Shown here: positions 38,455 to 50,732 of the stretch, piece by piece
Position numbering within the stretch: position 1 is the stretch's first letter
Layout of the letters: each line of letters opens with the position of its first letter
Made by a program: the position numbers and the translations under genes
Assembly (NCBI GenBank): GCA_964234715.1
Contig: OZ174280.1
Source of the DNA: Podarcis melisellensis
Lineage: Eukaryota
DNA: 64,000 nucleotides
Direction: 5' to 3' (one strand)
Notes under the pieces: model-generated
What the model saw: the letters and a program-made list of their open reading frames with translations, nothing else
Databases searched by the model: none
What the model was told of the DNA's origin: nothing

Positions 38455-38590
38455 GGAGACAGCATGGTGCAGATAACACCAAGGTTGCAGGTTTGATCCC
38501 CGTATGCAATAGCTGCATATTCCTGCATTGCAGGGGGTTGGACTAGATGATCCTCAGGGTCCCTTCCAACTCTACAGTTCTATGATTCTA
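38455..38590 (+). mobile_element. tRNA-head SINE with CR1-like tail (Squam3/POM-like)
   Basis: GGTTTGATCCC B-box; TTCCTGCATTGCAGGGGGTTGGACTAGATGATCC...TTCTATGATTCTA. Confidence 0.82.
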
Positions 38591-39830
38591 AGTTGCAACA
38601 TGTAGGCCCTTCTGTCTTTCAGCAGAGCTGAGTTGCTGTGCTTCCAGTAAAGTCTTACATGCCACTGATGGAAAGCTTGATCACCAGCCTGCTCAGCTTC
38701 AAAGGCAGGTGGTGCTAGACTAGCAAAGCTAATGAAGTGCAGGAGCACACGGGTCTCTGGTGTGACTCTTAATCTACTGGAGTTTATAGGTTTGGTTTTG
38801 GCCAAAGACAAAGGAAAGATTTGCACCGAAGCAGAAAGTCCCAAAGGAGAACTTGCTGTTGGACATAATCAGATTTGATGATGGGGCAAGCCTTCTCTCT
38901 TGCTCTCGCAGAGATATCCATTACGAGAGAAATAGTCAAGGAACAGCTATTATCTTAACACCACAGAGTATAATAAATAGGCAACTATGAATTAGAGCAT
39001 TATCCCCAATATTAACTGTCACCAAGGGCTCTTGATGAAGTAATAAACTCACATACATTAAGGTTAACTTCATTAGTTTAGTACCTCACTGGATTTGAGG
39101 CCATGAGCGATGAAATGGGAAAAAAATCAATGTTATGCATGCAAAGATACTAAAACAGTTATCTATTTTCTCTAAGCAGCCTTCCATAAATGCTGCATAA
39201 AGTGTGACCTTTTGCATCTGACATCCGCCCACCACAAAACAGAATTCCACGAACCCTTATAGATCATCTCTTATTCTCAGGCAAAGGACAAATCCACAGC
39301 AATCTCCATAACCTCACGACTGATAAAGTTACACACATACGCACTGTTAGCTAGAGGCCCTTTGACATGGGTTGGACATGCTGCTCTGCTTTTAATAGGC
39401 AGATAATTTGAAGGTAAAATATTGTGTGATATTAAGACCAGCCTTCCAAGCTGACTGGAGAATACAGGTGCCATGTTTTGGAAAGAAGAGAATGGTGACT
39501 TGAAAGCACCACTCTGTTTTAGTGATAATGGGCTTAAGGTATAGTATATATGATTCTAAGGTAATTAAGGACAACTAAAGACTCTGTTTTCTGCTTCCCC
39601 TTGCAGCCACCTGTACCCTCCCAAACTCTTCAGCGTGTTGGGGGTCTACTTAAACAATTTGAGATGCAGTGTGTGGGAACCGCTAGGGGAAGTGGGAATT
39701 GCCTAAGATTGGGCAGACCTTTGAAGTCTTCATTTATGACTTTAGTCTCAACTTGCTTAAACTAATAACCCAGAAGCATGAAGAAACATTGCAGAGAATT
39801 GTGCAATACAAAAAACCCAACTACTCTTAC

Positions 39831-39908
39831 CTCTCTCAAATGCATTTTTTATATCATTCACCTCAACCTGAGATCCTGACACCCTGAATATCCCTTCATG
39901 CTGCAGCC
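39831..39908 (-). CDS. SRGAP2: SRGAP2 exon 14 equivalent, RhoGAP arginine finger
   Basis: tttccag|GGCTGCAG...GAGAGAG|gtaaga; GLQHEGIFRVSGSQVEVNDIKNAFER with intact GIFR motif. Confidence 0.97.
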
Positions 39909-41484
39909 CTGGAAAGAAAATAAGAGAAATCCATGAAAACAGAAATACCTAAGGAAGAAGAACATTCTTACAACATTCTTACAATCCTTCCTTCAGTCAC
40001 TGAAATTCAGTTATCTGTCAAATTCAACAACATGATGATATAAGAACACACTAATCCAAATCGAGATGACATATCATTACCCGACCGTTAATCCAACGTG
40101 TTTGACAGCTAAAATTAATTAAAAGTGGCACACCAGCACTGGTGTAATTAAATCCACAGCAATAAGTTGGCACAATTCATACGTTGTTAAAAAGTATTCG
40201 TTTAATTTTTTTTAAATTCACTTTAGCATTCAGGAAGCCAATAAGATTGATTTTAATGGCTTCTAAAAGACACACAGCACTGAGGAAGCATCCATGGTTC
40301 CTAGAACAGCGGGGCTCTTAGGGTTGCAATTCTGGAATGAGAAAGATTCTAGAGAGAGAAAGGAAGGGGGCGAGGAATGACATCAAGGCTTGCTAAACTT
40401 ATCTTGGCCTGAAAGAGAAACAGATGGCGCACATTTGCACACAGATTGTGCTCTATTAGAGGCAATTCCAAGGAACTACTTTCATAGCATCCAGGACGAC
40501 AAATAACATGTTTGACTCTTATAGATGGTGGTGCCTTCATGGGACATTTCCCGCTCCCAGAAGTTTGAAGTAATCACTGTACTTTAGAGTGTACTAAGGC
40601 ATTTACTTTATCATTTTCAAGCATATGAGAGGTGATTCTGTGAAAGATTAGGCCTGGGGAGAAAGGGAGCAAGTGATCATGTGTGTGTCTTTCCTGAGTG
40701 TGTCCTGCTTGTGCACCATCACGTGGCTGCAATGGGATGGAGCTTTGTCAACAAATTCTAAATCAGCAAGCCCCAAAAGAACATCGGTCACCAGCCCTAG
40801 CCCTACTCTGCCCCCTTAGGGCCTTTCTCCAACTTGGCATTGACTTCTTCCTTCCTGTCAGGAATCCACCTCCTGCCTGCTTGTAGGAGTCAGATGATGC
40901 TGGAGGCAAAAGCCTACAGCTTTTCTCTGATGCTTCAAAAGGGTGAGATGGGAGGAGGATCACTTGCAATCTTGTCCAGTGCTGGCGACGCTCCTCCAAT
41001 GATGACTGAGTGTCCCTGAGACCAACAGAAATCACAGAAGAGAGAACACTGGGTGGTTTGTTTGGGTTTTCTTCATTGCTGCCAACACCACCACAGCCAG
41101 GCTGTTATAAAAGACAATGGAACATTGGCGCAACAAAGGAAACTGGGCGGTTGACTTTCTTCTGCTTTGGTGCAGCTGTTGTTGCTGCCAAGAAAATCAG
41201 CAGAAGGCTGTTGGGCTTTACAGACCACTTGCCTACCCCTGCTCTAATTCTGCATTTCCGGGACAACCAGCATCTTAACGATTGTGTAATGTGTCTTCTA
41301 AATTAATAATAATTAAGCAATTGTTCAAGAAGCGTTATATACTAACACTACCATCATTGAAAGAGGATTTTTGGTAGCATCAATAAATTTTCACAATGCA
41401 AGATGAATTAGATGGCAGTTTTTCATTCAGGGGTTCACTCAGACTAGAAAATCAATTTAAGATAAGATTTTGTTGAATCAGCGG

Positions 41485-41700
41485 CTTGCTTTGGACACCA
41501 CACTAAGCCAAACCATGGCTTAGCTGCAAATGTGCAGGTTCCGGGAGAGGAGATTGTGACTGCTGTGCTCCTCTCTGGCAATTCTGCTGCTGTGTTGTGC
41601 TAAGCCGTGGTTTGACTTAGCACATTGTCCGAACCTGGGGTCATGATTTAGCTCTTCCGGACAACCCATTAGCTGTAAATCATAGTACAAACCTTGGTGG
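41485..41700. mobile_element. Possible PIF/Harbinger-like MITE (related pieces 53097-53710)
   Basis: Inverted CTAAGCCAAACCATGGCTTAGC / GCTAAGCCGTGGTTTGACTTAGC motifs. Confidence 0.5.
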
Positions 41701-42890
41701 GAATGTGGTGCTGCATCAGAATCCTGTGCCTTTCCATGCAGAGCCTTAAAAAACAAAAGGCTAAGCATAGAGAAACAACAGTGCCAAGTCAATTAAGATG
41801 ACCGATTTTCTAGACAAAGGTCACACTTCAGGTCATTTAATTAAGATCAATTGTCAAGGCAGAAATTCTAGGGGAATCTATCAAATGGTTTATAGAAAAT
41901 ACATTGCTACATAGTATGAAAGAAAAGCAAATCATAGTGATGGTGGTCCTAAGGCGTTAGGGTAAGGAGCTCTCTACTAGGAAGGATAATCCCTCATCAC
42001 ATATCAAGTGCAGACGCTTGTTTGATTCTTCATAATATTTTAGTACCAAAAACAAGAAGGGGATGATAACAGCAGCAGAGGAAATTCATATTATCTCCAG
42101 TGTAGACGAATCTTGCTTTTATTTAAAGATTACTTAAACCAATGCTAAAAGGAAACAATAAAGGAGATCAGTAGTTTGCTTTCTTATATATAAATCCCAT
42201 AACTGTATAGGAATAATTTTACTGCCCAGGAGTAATCACTAGAGAAATGTTTCTATTCTTACATATGTCCATCCCTAGGCCAGATAAGCCTCCAGGGAAA
42301 ATCCCCTTGAGGAAGTAGAAAAGAGAGACTAGAGAAAACTAATAAGAAGAAGAGCTTAAGATAGCTAGATAGACTCACCTGGAACACAGCTGGCAGGATA
42401 ACTAAAATGGTACTTAATTTTAATGTTGGATAGTATAATTACAAATATTGTTATCCAGGGAACAGGCTTATGTGAAAGGAGAATTCTCATCACTATAAAT
42501 GGAGAATTATTACTGTTATAAATCCGATTAAACCTTTTCAATACTCAGATCCATACTGAATGAGGGAGAATCTTGGGTGGAAAATCTGGAGGTGACAGCT
42601 AATACCATACCTAATGTTACTTTTTCACAGGAGACAACCACCTACGTTCTACAAACAGCTTAGGAAGTTGAGGTTTGGGGCATGGTGGGCAAGGATGGGC
42701 CAGAAGCTGTTCAGAATTGCTGCTTTAAGACCTTCAACACTATACACCAGTGTAGCCAATGTGATGCCTTGATGCCTTCCAGATGTTGCTGGACTCCAAC
42801 TGCCATCAGCCCCAGCCAGCATGGGCCAAATTGACAGACTTTTAGTCCCAACACCATCTGGTGGATGCCACTTTGGCCATTTATACACCC

Positions 42891-43739
42891 TCCTCCTCCT
42901 CTTCTTCCTCCTCCTCCTCCTCCTTCTTCTTCTTTGGTGATCACTCGTAGCCGAGTAAGATTGTCTTCCATAAACAAGGTTTTAACAATGAGTCCGTAAT
43001 CTCGCCCAACTCTTGCATTAAAATCACCCAGGAGGCTAATTTTATCTTCCTTAGGCATCTCTGATAGGACGGTATCCAGCTGAGAGTAACGTTCTTTTTT
43101 AATATCTTCATGGGCATCCAGTGTTGGTGCATAAGCGCTTATAATAGTAGCCTGTTGGTTTTTGGTGAGCTTTATTCGAAGGGTTGAGAGTCGCTCATTA
43201 ATGCCGATAGGGACTTCTGACAGGAGCTTCACAAGGTTGTTTTTGATAGCAAAGCCTACCCCATGTATTCAATGTTCTTGTTCAGATAGACCTTTCCAGA
43301 AGAATGTGTAGCCTCCTTTTGCTTCCTTCAGTTGTCCCTCACCTGCTCCTCGAGTCTCTTGAAGCGCTGCAATATCGATGTTAAAACATCACAGCTCTCT
43401 TGCAATGATGGCAGTTCTGCGTTCAAGACGATCGTTGTCTGTGTATTCTAACAATATTCCATGTTCCAAAATTCAATTGTCTTTTACAACTGCTAGGTGG
43501 TGACCACACTGGGCACGGTAATCCAGTCAGGGAAAAAGGGAGGCAGACTATGTTTAGGGCACCTTTTTTAGCCCCTTCCCCTTTTCGGGGTGAGCAGAGT
43601 GGATGCTAAAAAGGGCTGCTCAGTCATGGATACAGCTGCCGAGCTGCTCAACTGCCTTGTCCCTTGAGTCAGAATGACTGAATCTGTGGCCTGGGACTAT
43701 TGGGAAAGAAGGAGTTGGCAACAGCAACCAGAACGGAAC
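42891..43739 (-). mobile_element. Rearranged RTE-clade LINE: 5' UTR + endonuclease N-terminus fused to the 3' end, plus an inverted piece
   Basis: APE motifs IAALQETR, GVGFAI, IISAYAPT, LLGDFNARVG; GAA/GGA tail; TSD TTATACACCC at 42881-42890 and 43740-43749. Confidence 0.9.
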
Positions 43740-44199
43740 TTATACACCCACAACCAGGATGAAAACCAAGAACAGTTTTATACTATAAAGATCTAAGCCC
43801 ATCGTACCTTGCTATCATATTGGCTGATGTTGCATAGAGGAAGAAGGGTTACGAAAGACCTGCCACTAGAGCAACTTGCAAAAAAAAAGCACCCAGAATA
43901 ACTGAGCCAAGAAATCTGAAACTTATTTAAAATTCTGAAACAGATGTAAAATGTAATGTTTATTTTAAATTATAAGTTAGTTCCAGATGAACTGAAAGAT
44001 TTGACTGTTAATGTGGACAGGAAGCAGGTCCCAAATTTGATAACATCAGGATGTTCAATTAGATATGGAATATATTTTTACCTTGCCATCCGCAGAAGTG
44101 GTACAACTTCTTAAAAATATGCTCAGACATCCTATTTAACCACCTATCCCAAATGAAGGCTTCTAGACTATACCCAGGGAAGCTCGTCTGGCACTGTCG

Positions 44200-44400
44200 T
44201 TGGGTACCTTTTGGAGCCAGACAAAAGCATTCCTGTTCTCCCAGGCCTTTGGGCAATTGAGCAATCTGTAGCCTTTTAAACTGTGTGTGTTAGGGCGGCA
44301 GTGGGGGGGTATTGTTTGTTACCAAGGTATGTATTTTTGTGTTTTTATATTGTAAACTGCCCTGTGGTTCTCAGATAAAGGGCAGTATAGAAATGTAGGT
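44200..44400 (+). mobile_element. L2-type 3' tail
   Basis: CCAGGCCTTT...TGTAAACTGCCCTGTG...AAGGGCAGTATAGAAAT. Confidence 0.6.
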
Positions 44401-45997
44401 AGTAAGTTAAAATACCAGCAGCATAACTGAAAAGATGTGTCAAAACTTCTATTAATAAATTGTTTGCATATATATGGTGAGCAATTTTTGAAGACTGTAG
44501 TGTATTATGTTATTCTACCATATATGGTTTGGATCCAAAATCTTTGCTCTTTGAATAGAAGGGCCCTTTGATGAGCAGTGGGGGATTTCCATTCATGGAG
44601 CAAAGACTGGATCTGACTCTATGTTCCCCAAGGAACACTTCTTTCATAGATCATTTTCAGAAATGCAGCCTTTAATGACTTGGGAGAAAATCTGCTATTT
44701 GTTATCAGATAACAAAATGTCTCTTACACATAAAGTATGTTTGTGTTCGCTAGAAGAAGATAGGGGTGGGGGGGGGGGGAACCAGCAACATGCAAAGCTT
44801 TGATCTAGAGCCATTTATTTTAACATATCATATAGTCAAAGATAAATTAATTATGTCAGAGTATACCTTATTTCCTGTGGAACGGTGTTTATTTCATAAA
44901 TCTTTTAAATTGTGATAATTATGATTTTTGAACAAATAATCTTGCTGAGACTAAGCATGTCTGGGTCAGTGATTGGATGAGTAACCACACAAATCTTGGG
45001 TCTCATGGTAGAAAAAAGGCATAATACAAATGGAAGAACATAAATAGATAAATGATATAAATACATAGAGTAGCATCCTCCTGATACATGTTTCCTGATC
45101 CAATGAAGGCTTCCATCTCCACAATGTGAGAGAGGCATTCCCCCTATGTGCACCCAAATTCTGTTCCAGAGGGTTGGGAAAACCTTTCTGGAACAGAGTT
45201 AGAGGTGACATGAAGGGCTGCAGGCAGGAGGAAGACTTGGCAGAACTATGACAAAACAACCCCAAATAGACAAAATAGCCTTCTGATAGAACAAGGGATA
45301 CCATTCCACTCTGACTAAAAGTTCAGCAATACACAGGACGTGCCTGCTGAAATCTCAGAACTCATACGGTGAAGGAAAAGATCAATTTGAAAGGAATAAA
45401 GAAGCAACACCTTAATGCTAAGAGAGAGCAAACAGGAAGAAAAAGAATCACGTATCAGAAATCCAGAAGGACCAAACATATAATATGTGTTTGGCTCCTG
45501 GGTCACAGTTCAGAAAACAGAATGGCTCCATAAAATATTATTACCCATTTATTAAATACTTATATAAATTTATTAATACAAATGTATTAAGTTATTGATT
45601 AAATTTTTAAAATAAGAATGCAGTTAGCTCGAGTGGAAAAATCACCATATGCAAACTTTACAGATTTATTTAAAACATTTCTATACTTTAATTCAAAATG
45701 TTCAGGGCATTTTCTAAAAGGCAGTCCTACAATCACAAGCTGTGCTCTACTTATGCATTTTGATTCTGTCCTGCCTTTTATTTCACTTATATTTCCTGCT
45801 CTTTCCAAGAGGAAACTCAAGGCAATGTCCACAGGGTTGACTGGAGGTCTCTCATCTAGGAGCAAACAAGACTTAGACCAGCTTTAGCTTTAGCTGCCTC
45901 CTGTGTTTTCAGATCACAGTCCTGACTGTGCTTCAACGGGCTTCTTGAATACTGTGCAGAACAAACTACACTTTAGCTTGACTATATCTAAACTCAC

Positions 45998-46058
45998 CAT
46001 GTCTGCTAATGAATCGTATGCAGCTCTCCACCACCAGGGGAATCGCTTGGCTGGAATC
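45998..46058 (-). CDS. SRGAP2: SRGAP2 exon 13 equivalent, start of RhoGAP domain
   Basis: ttgttcag|GATTCCAGC...AGACATG|gtgagt; DSSQAIPLVVESCIRFISRH. Confidence 0.96.
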
Positions 46059-48258
46059 CTGAACAACAAAAGGAGAAATATGCGATGAAAAGAATATTCA
46101 AATGATAGTGCAGCTTTAAAAAAATGATACAGTTCCGAAATGAACATTCTTCGGAAAAGGCTACAGGTGGAGGGATACTTCCCATCACAAAATTCCTACA
46201 CGGCAGACACTGTGCAATATATGCTTTCTTTGTGTATCCACACACTGGGGGGGAGTCATTAAAAGCTATTGGATTTTCTGTATTTTAACTGCCAGAACAC
46301 ACTCAGTCTCTCGGCTCTCTCTCTCAAAGAAAGTCTAGGTTAAACCTGGAGTTGTAATTTATTCACCCTCATAGAGAATGCTTAAACAGGGATTACTGCC
46401 ATTATTCAGTGTTGTGGTTATATTGAAGGTGATAATTCCCTGCTGTTTCAGCTATCTTTTCATTATAGTACCTTAGTCTGCAATCCCCAGCATGGCTAGG
46501 GAGGACTGTGTGTATGTGGAAGGGGGCAGGAGGGCAGCAATGGAAATCTCTGCACCAACCTTTGAATGGGCTCCAATCAGGCCCCATAGTGCTGCGGTGG
46601 CAGTGGGGCTGGTTGAGCATCTAGGGGATGCCAGGCTGGCTCAGATATCCCTCCTCCCCCAGAATGCTCCATTTTGAGGCTTTCCATCAGCAGGCAGAAG
46701 GGGGAGCTCACTATGGGGTGGAGGGATGCTGGGAGGAGCAGAGACAGGTAGGGTGTGACAAAGCGCTCCTGTGTCTAGCCCAAGCTGCTCTTCCACCCGC
46801 AAAGGGAGATTTGCAGCATTTGGTGTGACTTGACAGAAAACAAACACTGGTGAATCCAATGAGAGATCTTAGAAGTTCTGCTGAGTTTTTTTCAAGTGCG
46901 TAAACACAACCACACAGCCTCCAGAAATTAAGTGTTTCAGGTATTCAAAGATTGAGATTTGCAAGAGAAAAACACGTAGATGGTAGGAAACACCCCCCCC
47001 CTCAAATAAGGGCACTTAGAAAATAAAAGAGCCTCTAATTTGTATAGCTTGGAAGGGTGAGGCAAGTATACAAATCACGGCGAGCCTTTCCGCCATTTCC
47101 CAACCATGTGCGTTATGTAAACAAAAATAAATAAAATCAAAGGCCTTACAAATCCTTTCATTCTACTCCAAAAAAAGAAGAAAAAGGCTTCATGGTACAG
47201 GAAGATAAAAGCAAACATTTGCATGCAACAAGGAATTGGATTTACAACGAGAAAAAGCTCATTGGAATTTTTACATATCTTATTTGGAATATGTTATGCC
47301 AAAATATTTTCTCTTTAATTTCTTCAGTGGCAAAGGTATCATCAGTAATAGACACATGGAGCTGGTTATCCTGATATAGAATTGACTTCAAAATAGAAAC
47401 AGACTACTTTATGGAGAAATTAACTTAATATTCCTGTATGCTTCAAGTTATTAACAATTTAAAAAACCAACTACTACATGAACAAGTGAAGCCTCAAATC
47501 AAAACTGGCCTAGAAAAAGATATCAGGTCCTCCCTGTCCCATGACAATATGACCTAGTTTCTTTATTATTGTGCCCAAATTACAATGCTGTAAATCATCC
47601 ACCAGGGACAAAAAATATATATTGGATTTTCTCTTATTAGTGGAGCACACGTGCACATTTAACAAAATCCTATCTAGCAAAGCAGAAGAGGAAGGCAAGC
47701 TGAGCGGTCAAGAACCCTAGTAAAAAATTAGAGTAGACAGAAGCAATAAGCTGAGTAGCATAAATGTGAGTATATAGGAGAATTATGATACAATGCTTAT
47801 ACTGGCAAAAGCCATTAGAGGGCAATAGCTTCAAACTCAGAGGCCCCAGACAGTAGAGGATAAGGGGAGAGAACACACACACAAAGTGGGGAGGGCATGA
47901 AAGTTTTCATCTCTATGAAACAGTTCACACTGCTGTGTTACACCCAAGTGAGTCAAGGATAAATACTAAGCCTACAACAAAGTATACTAAAATATCATCA
48001 AGAGATGCTCTTGCCCAGGACCCTTTAGCCTGCCAAGGCCCCTCTCCCTCTCTGTGTCCCTGGAGTTCCAATGTCATGTGCAACAACTTAGGACCACAGA
48101 GCAGCCCTGTCTATTGAACTCACTGACTATGCACTCAGTTATCTGAATACATTGTCTCAAGATGACCTGACCACTCCAGAGCTTCCCCTGGACAATTCGA
48201 AAGCAATTGCTTTGTTTTGCTTACACTGTTTTTGAGCCAGAGTGTTGGCTTATGGCAC

Positions 48259-48414
48259 CAGGGGTGTCCAAACTTTTTTCAAAGAGAGGCCAGATTTGAT
48301 GAAGTGAACTTTGAACATGTTCAAAGTTGTTGAGCTTTTTTAGGATTTTGCCCCAGGAAATAAACTGCCACAGAGGCCAGATTAGGCCCCCAAAACGGAC
48401 TTTTGGACATGCCT
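48259..48414. mobile_element. hAT-like MITE with a central perfect palindrome
   Basis: CAGGGGTGTCCAAA...TTTGGACATGCCT termini; 22-bp palindrome 48307-48328. Confidence 0.7.
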
Positions 48415-49002
48415 CCCTCCCTCCCAAGCAAATGGATCAGAGCAGAGTCTCTTACTAAGATCTATCTTCCCCTAGCATTCAGCTCAGCAAATCTACAACA
48501 TATAGTATCATCTAGAGAAAACGGAGGGAGAAAAGCAAGAGATGTAGACAATTAAATATTCCCCATCAAGTATAGGCTTGAAGTTTGGAGGCCCTTCTGT
48601 GTCAGATTGAAGCAGCTTGCTGTTGTACACTGTGGACATAATCACTCCCCAAAAGGGTTCAGTGTTGCTGCTAGTAATGACTAGGTCTGAGGCGTCTCTG
48701 AATAGAGAAGTGTTCATTTGGAGCTTCATAAGCTTAGTGATTTATCAAACACAAAACTAATATTGGTTTAGGTTTTTTCTTTGAAACAACAATCCATTAT
48801 GCAGATTCTTTTGGGTAAGGAGGAGATTATGCATTCCCTCCTTTGAGGACTGCACTTGGCGGTTGTCTTGATCTGGCCAAGGTAATTTGGGTTGGTCCCA
48901 TCATTTCCCCCGCTATGAAATATTGGTGGCAAGAAATAACATCTGGCAATCATATAAATGGCATCAATTAATCTTTCTGTAATTGTATGAAGTCTTTATT
49001 AC

Positions 49003-49027
49003 CTGCTTCCTTATGGTAGAACTGCGT
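49003..49027 (-). CDS. SRGAP2: SRGAP2 25-nt microexon (exon 12 equivalent), NAGNAG acceptor
   Basis: aacagcag|ACGCAGTTCTACCATAAGGAAGCAG|gtaata; (R)RSSTIRKQ versus recalled human RRSSTVRKQ. Confidence 0.9.
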
Positions 49028-50311
49028 CTGCTGTTGATCCCAAAGTCAAGACGAGCCATGATTGATCAAGGAGCAAGAAGAGGAAAAGAAAGCAAAGGCA
49101 TATGTCAACATAATCACTTACAATCCAAATGCCACCTCGCTTGGTATATAAATGGTTCTTCCTGGGGGTGGAGAGGAGGCAGAAAAAAACCCACTCATTT
49201 ACTCCTGACTTTCAGAAACATTAAGTGGTCTAAAATAAAAGCCCAAAATGGACGCAGCAAAGCTTATTGCTAACATAAGGCTATACTTAACCTTTTACTT
49301 CCAACTGCAGAGAAACCCATTATAAACCTCCATCATTCTTGTGTCAGTTAGTGATAATTTACAGTCAGCACTACACTAAGGTAGGTGAGTTCTGCTGAGT
49401 GATTTAGAACCACAATGGGGAGGAAAAAAACGCAAATTTGTTTCTCTTGTGGAGATTAATATAAACCTATTAATGTTTCTTTATTAAAACAAGTGCCCAA
49501 GAAAAGGAAAGTGACAGACAGATTAAACCACACTGAAATGACAAGCTATGTTACAAATGGCCTCGTGATTACTGTTTGTGTTCTCGGATGTTGGTGTAAG
49601 ATCCAAAGAGGAAGGAATGTCCTTTTATGGGGGTTTTTCCGCCAAGCCTTCTCCACTAGGGAGGGAAGGAAATGAGAACCTTTTGTATCATTTCTCTGTA
49701 GACAGTTCTTGTCCTGACTGCATTTCATTTGAGGGCAGAAGCACTTCAATTCTTTGTTAAGTGCAAGGAACTATACCACCAGACGGAGCTGATAGTTAAG
49801 CAGCATACATATACCATTGCTATAAATAGTATGGGAGTAGCCTTACAAAAGAGTAAACAATTTGTGTGATGTGCAGCCACCCATTCTGACCACATCCAAT
49901 GTGAGCTGAGGATGTTGCCTGGATAGAAAGCAATAACAGACTTTCCAGGCTCTGAATTTCTGAGGAGAAGCAGGAAGGGTACCTAGATGGTATATGCTTG
50001 GTACCAACAGAAGGACTAAGAATCCTTCTCTGGAGTCCTGAAGGTCAATGGAAGTTCAGCTAGTCCTTTGTAATTCCCTTATTTAAGGATTTTTTCAAGT
50101 TCCATCTATGGAACTCAGGTACTTACTCAGCCATGTGAGTGGCTCATACTGAGAATGTGTGAAGCTACATTTGGTGTGACTGTCTCACAGCGTTTTCTCT
50201 AAGTTCTGTTGTGCCTGCTTTCATTGTAGAGAGGAATGCAGTAAGCTACCTTATATCTGTTGGAAGCCACCCAGAGTGTCTAGGGCAACCCAGTCAGATG
50301 GGAAGAGTTCA

Positions 50312-50350
50312 GAGGAGGAGGAGGAGGAGGAGGAGGAGGAGGAGGAGGAG
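50312..50350. repeat. (GAG)n microsatellite at the end of an L2-type tail
   Basis: 13 units. Confidence 0.95.
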
Positions 50351-50476
50351 GGGAATCCAATCGAGCTCACTATTGTCTACAACACTGAGCAAAAGTGGCT
50401 GTCCAGAGTTTCAGGCCAGAGATTGAACCTGAAATCTTATAGCTCTAGCTATGCCCTTCTATTTGCTTCTCATATA

Positions 50477-50732
50477 CAGTCATACCTTGGCTTTCAAACA
50501 GCTTACCGGTAGTTCTTGTACGTTTTGGCTCCCAAATGCCTCAAACATGGAAGTGACTGTTCCGGTTTATGAACTATTTTTGGAAGCCGAATGTCCGAAG
50601 GGGCTTCCGCGGCTTCCGATTAGCTGCAGGAGCTTCCAGCAGCCAATCAGAAGCCACGCTTTGGTTTCTGAACGTTTTGGAAGTTGAATGGACTTCCAGA
50701 ACAGATTCTGTTTGAATTCCAAGGTACGACTG
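50477..50732. mobile_element. Tc1/mariner-type MITE, second family
   Basis: TA|CAGTCATACCTTGG...CCAAGGTACGACTG|TA. Confidence 0.88.

Noticed and set aside
50211-50512. Poly-Arg / poly-Glu ORFs (also the HT/ER ORF at 29610)
   Set aside because: Microsatellite translations.
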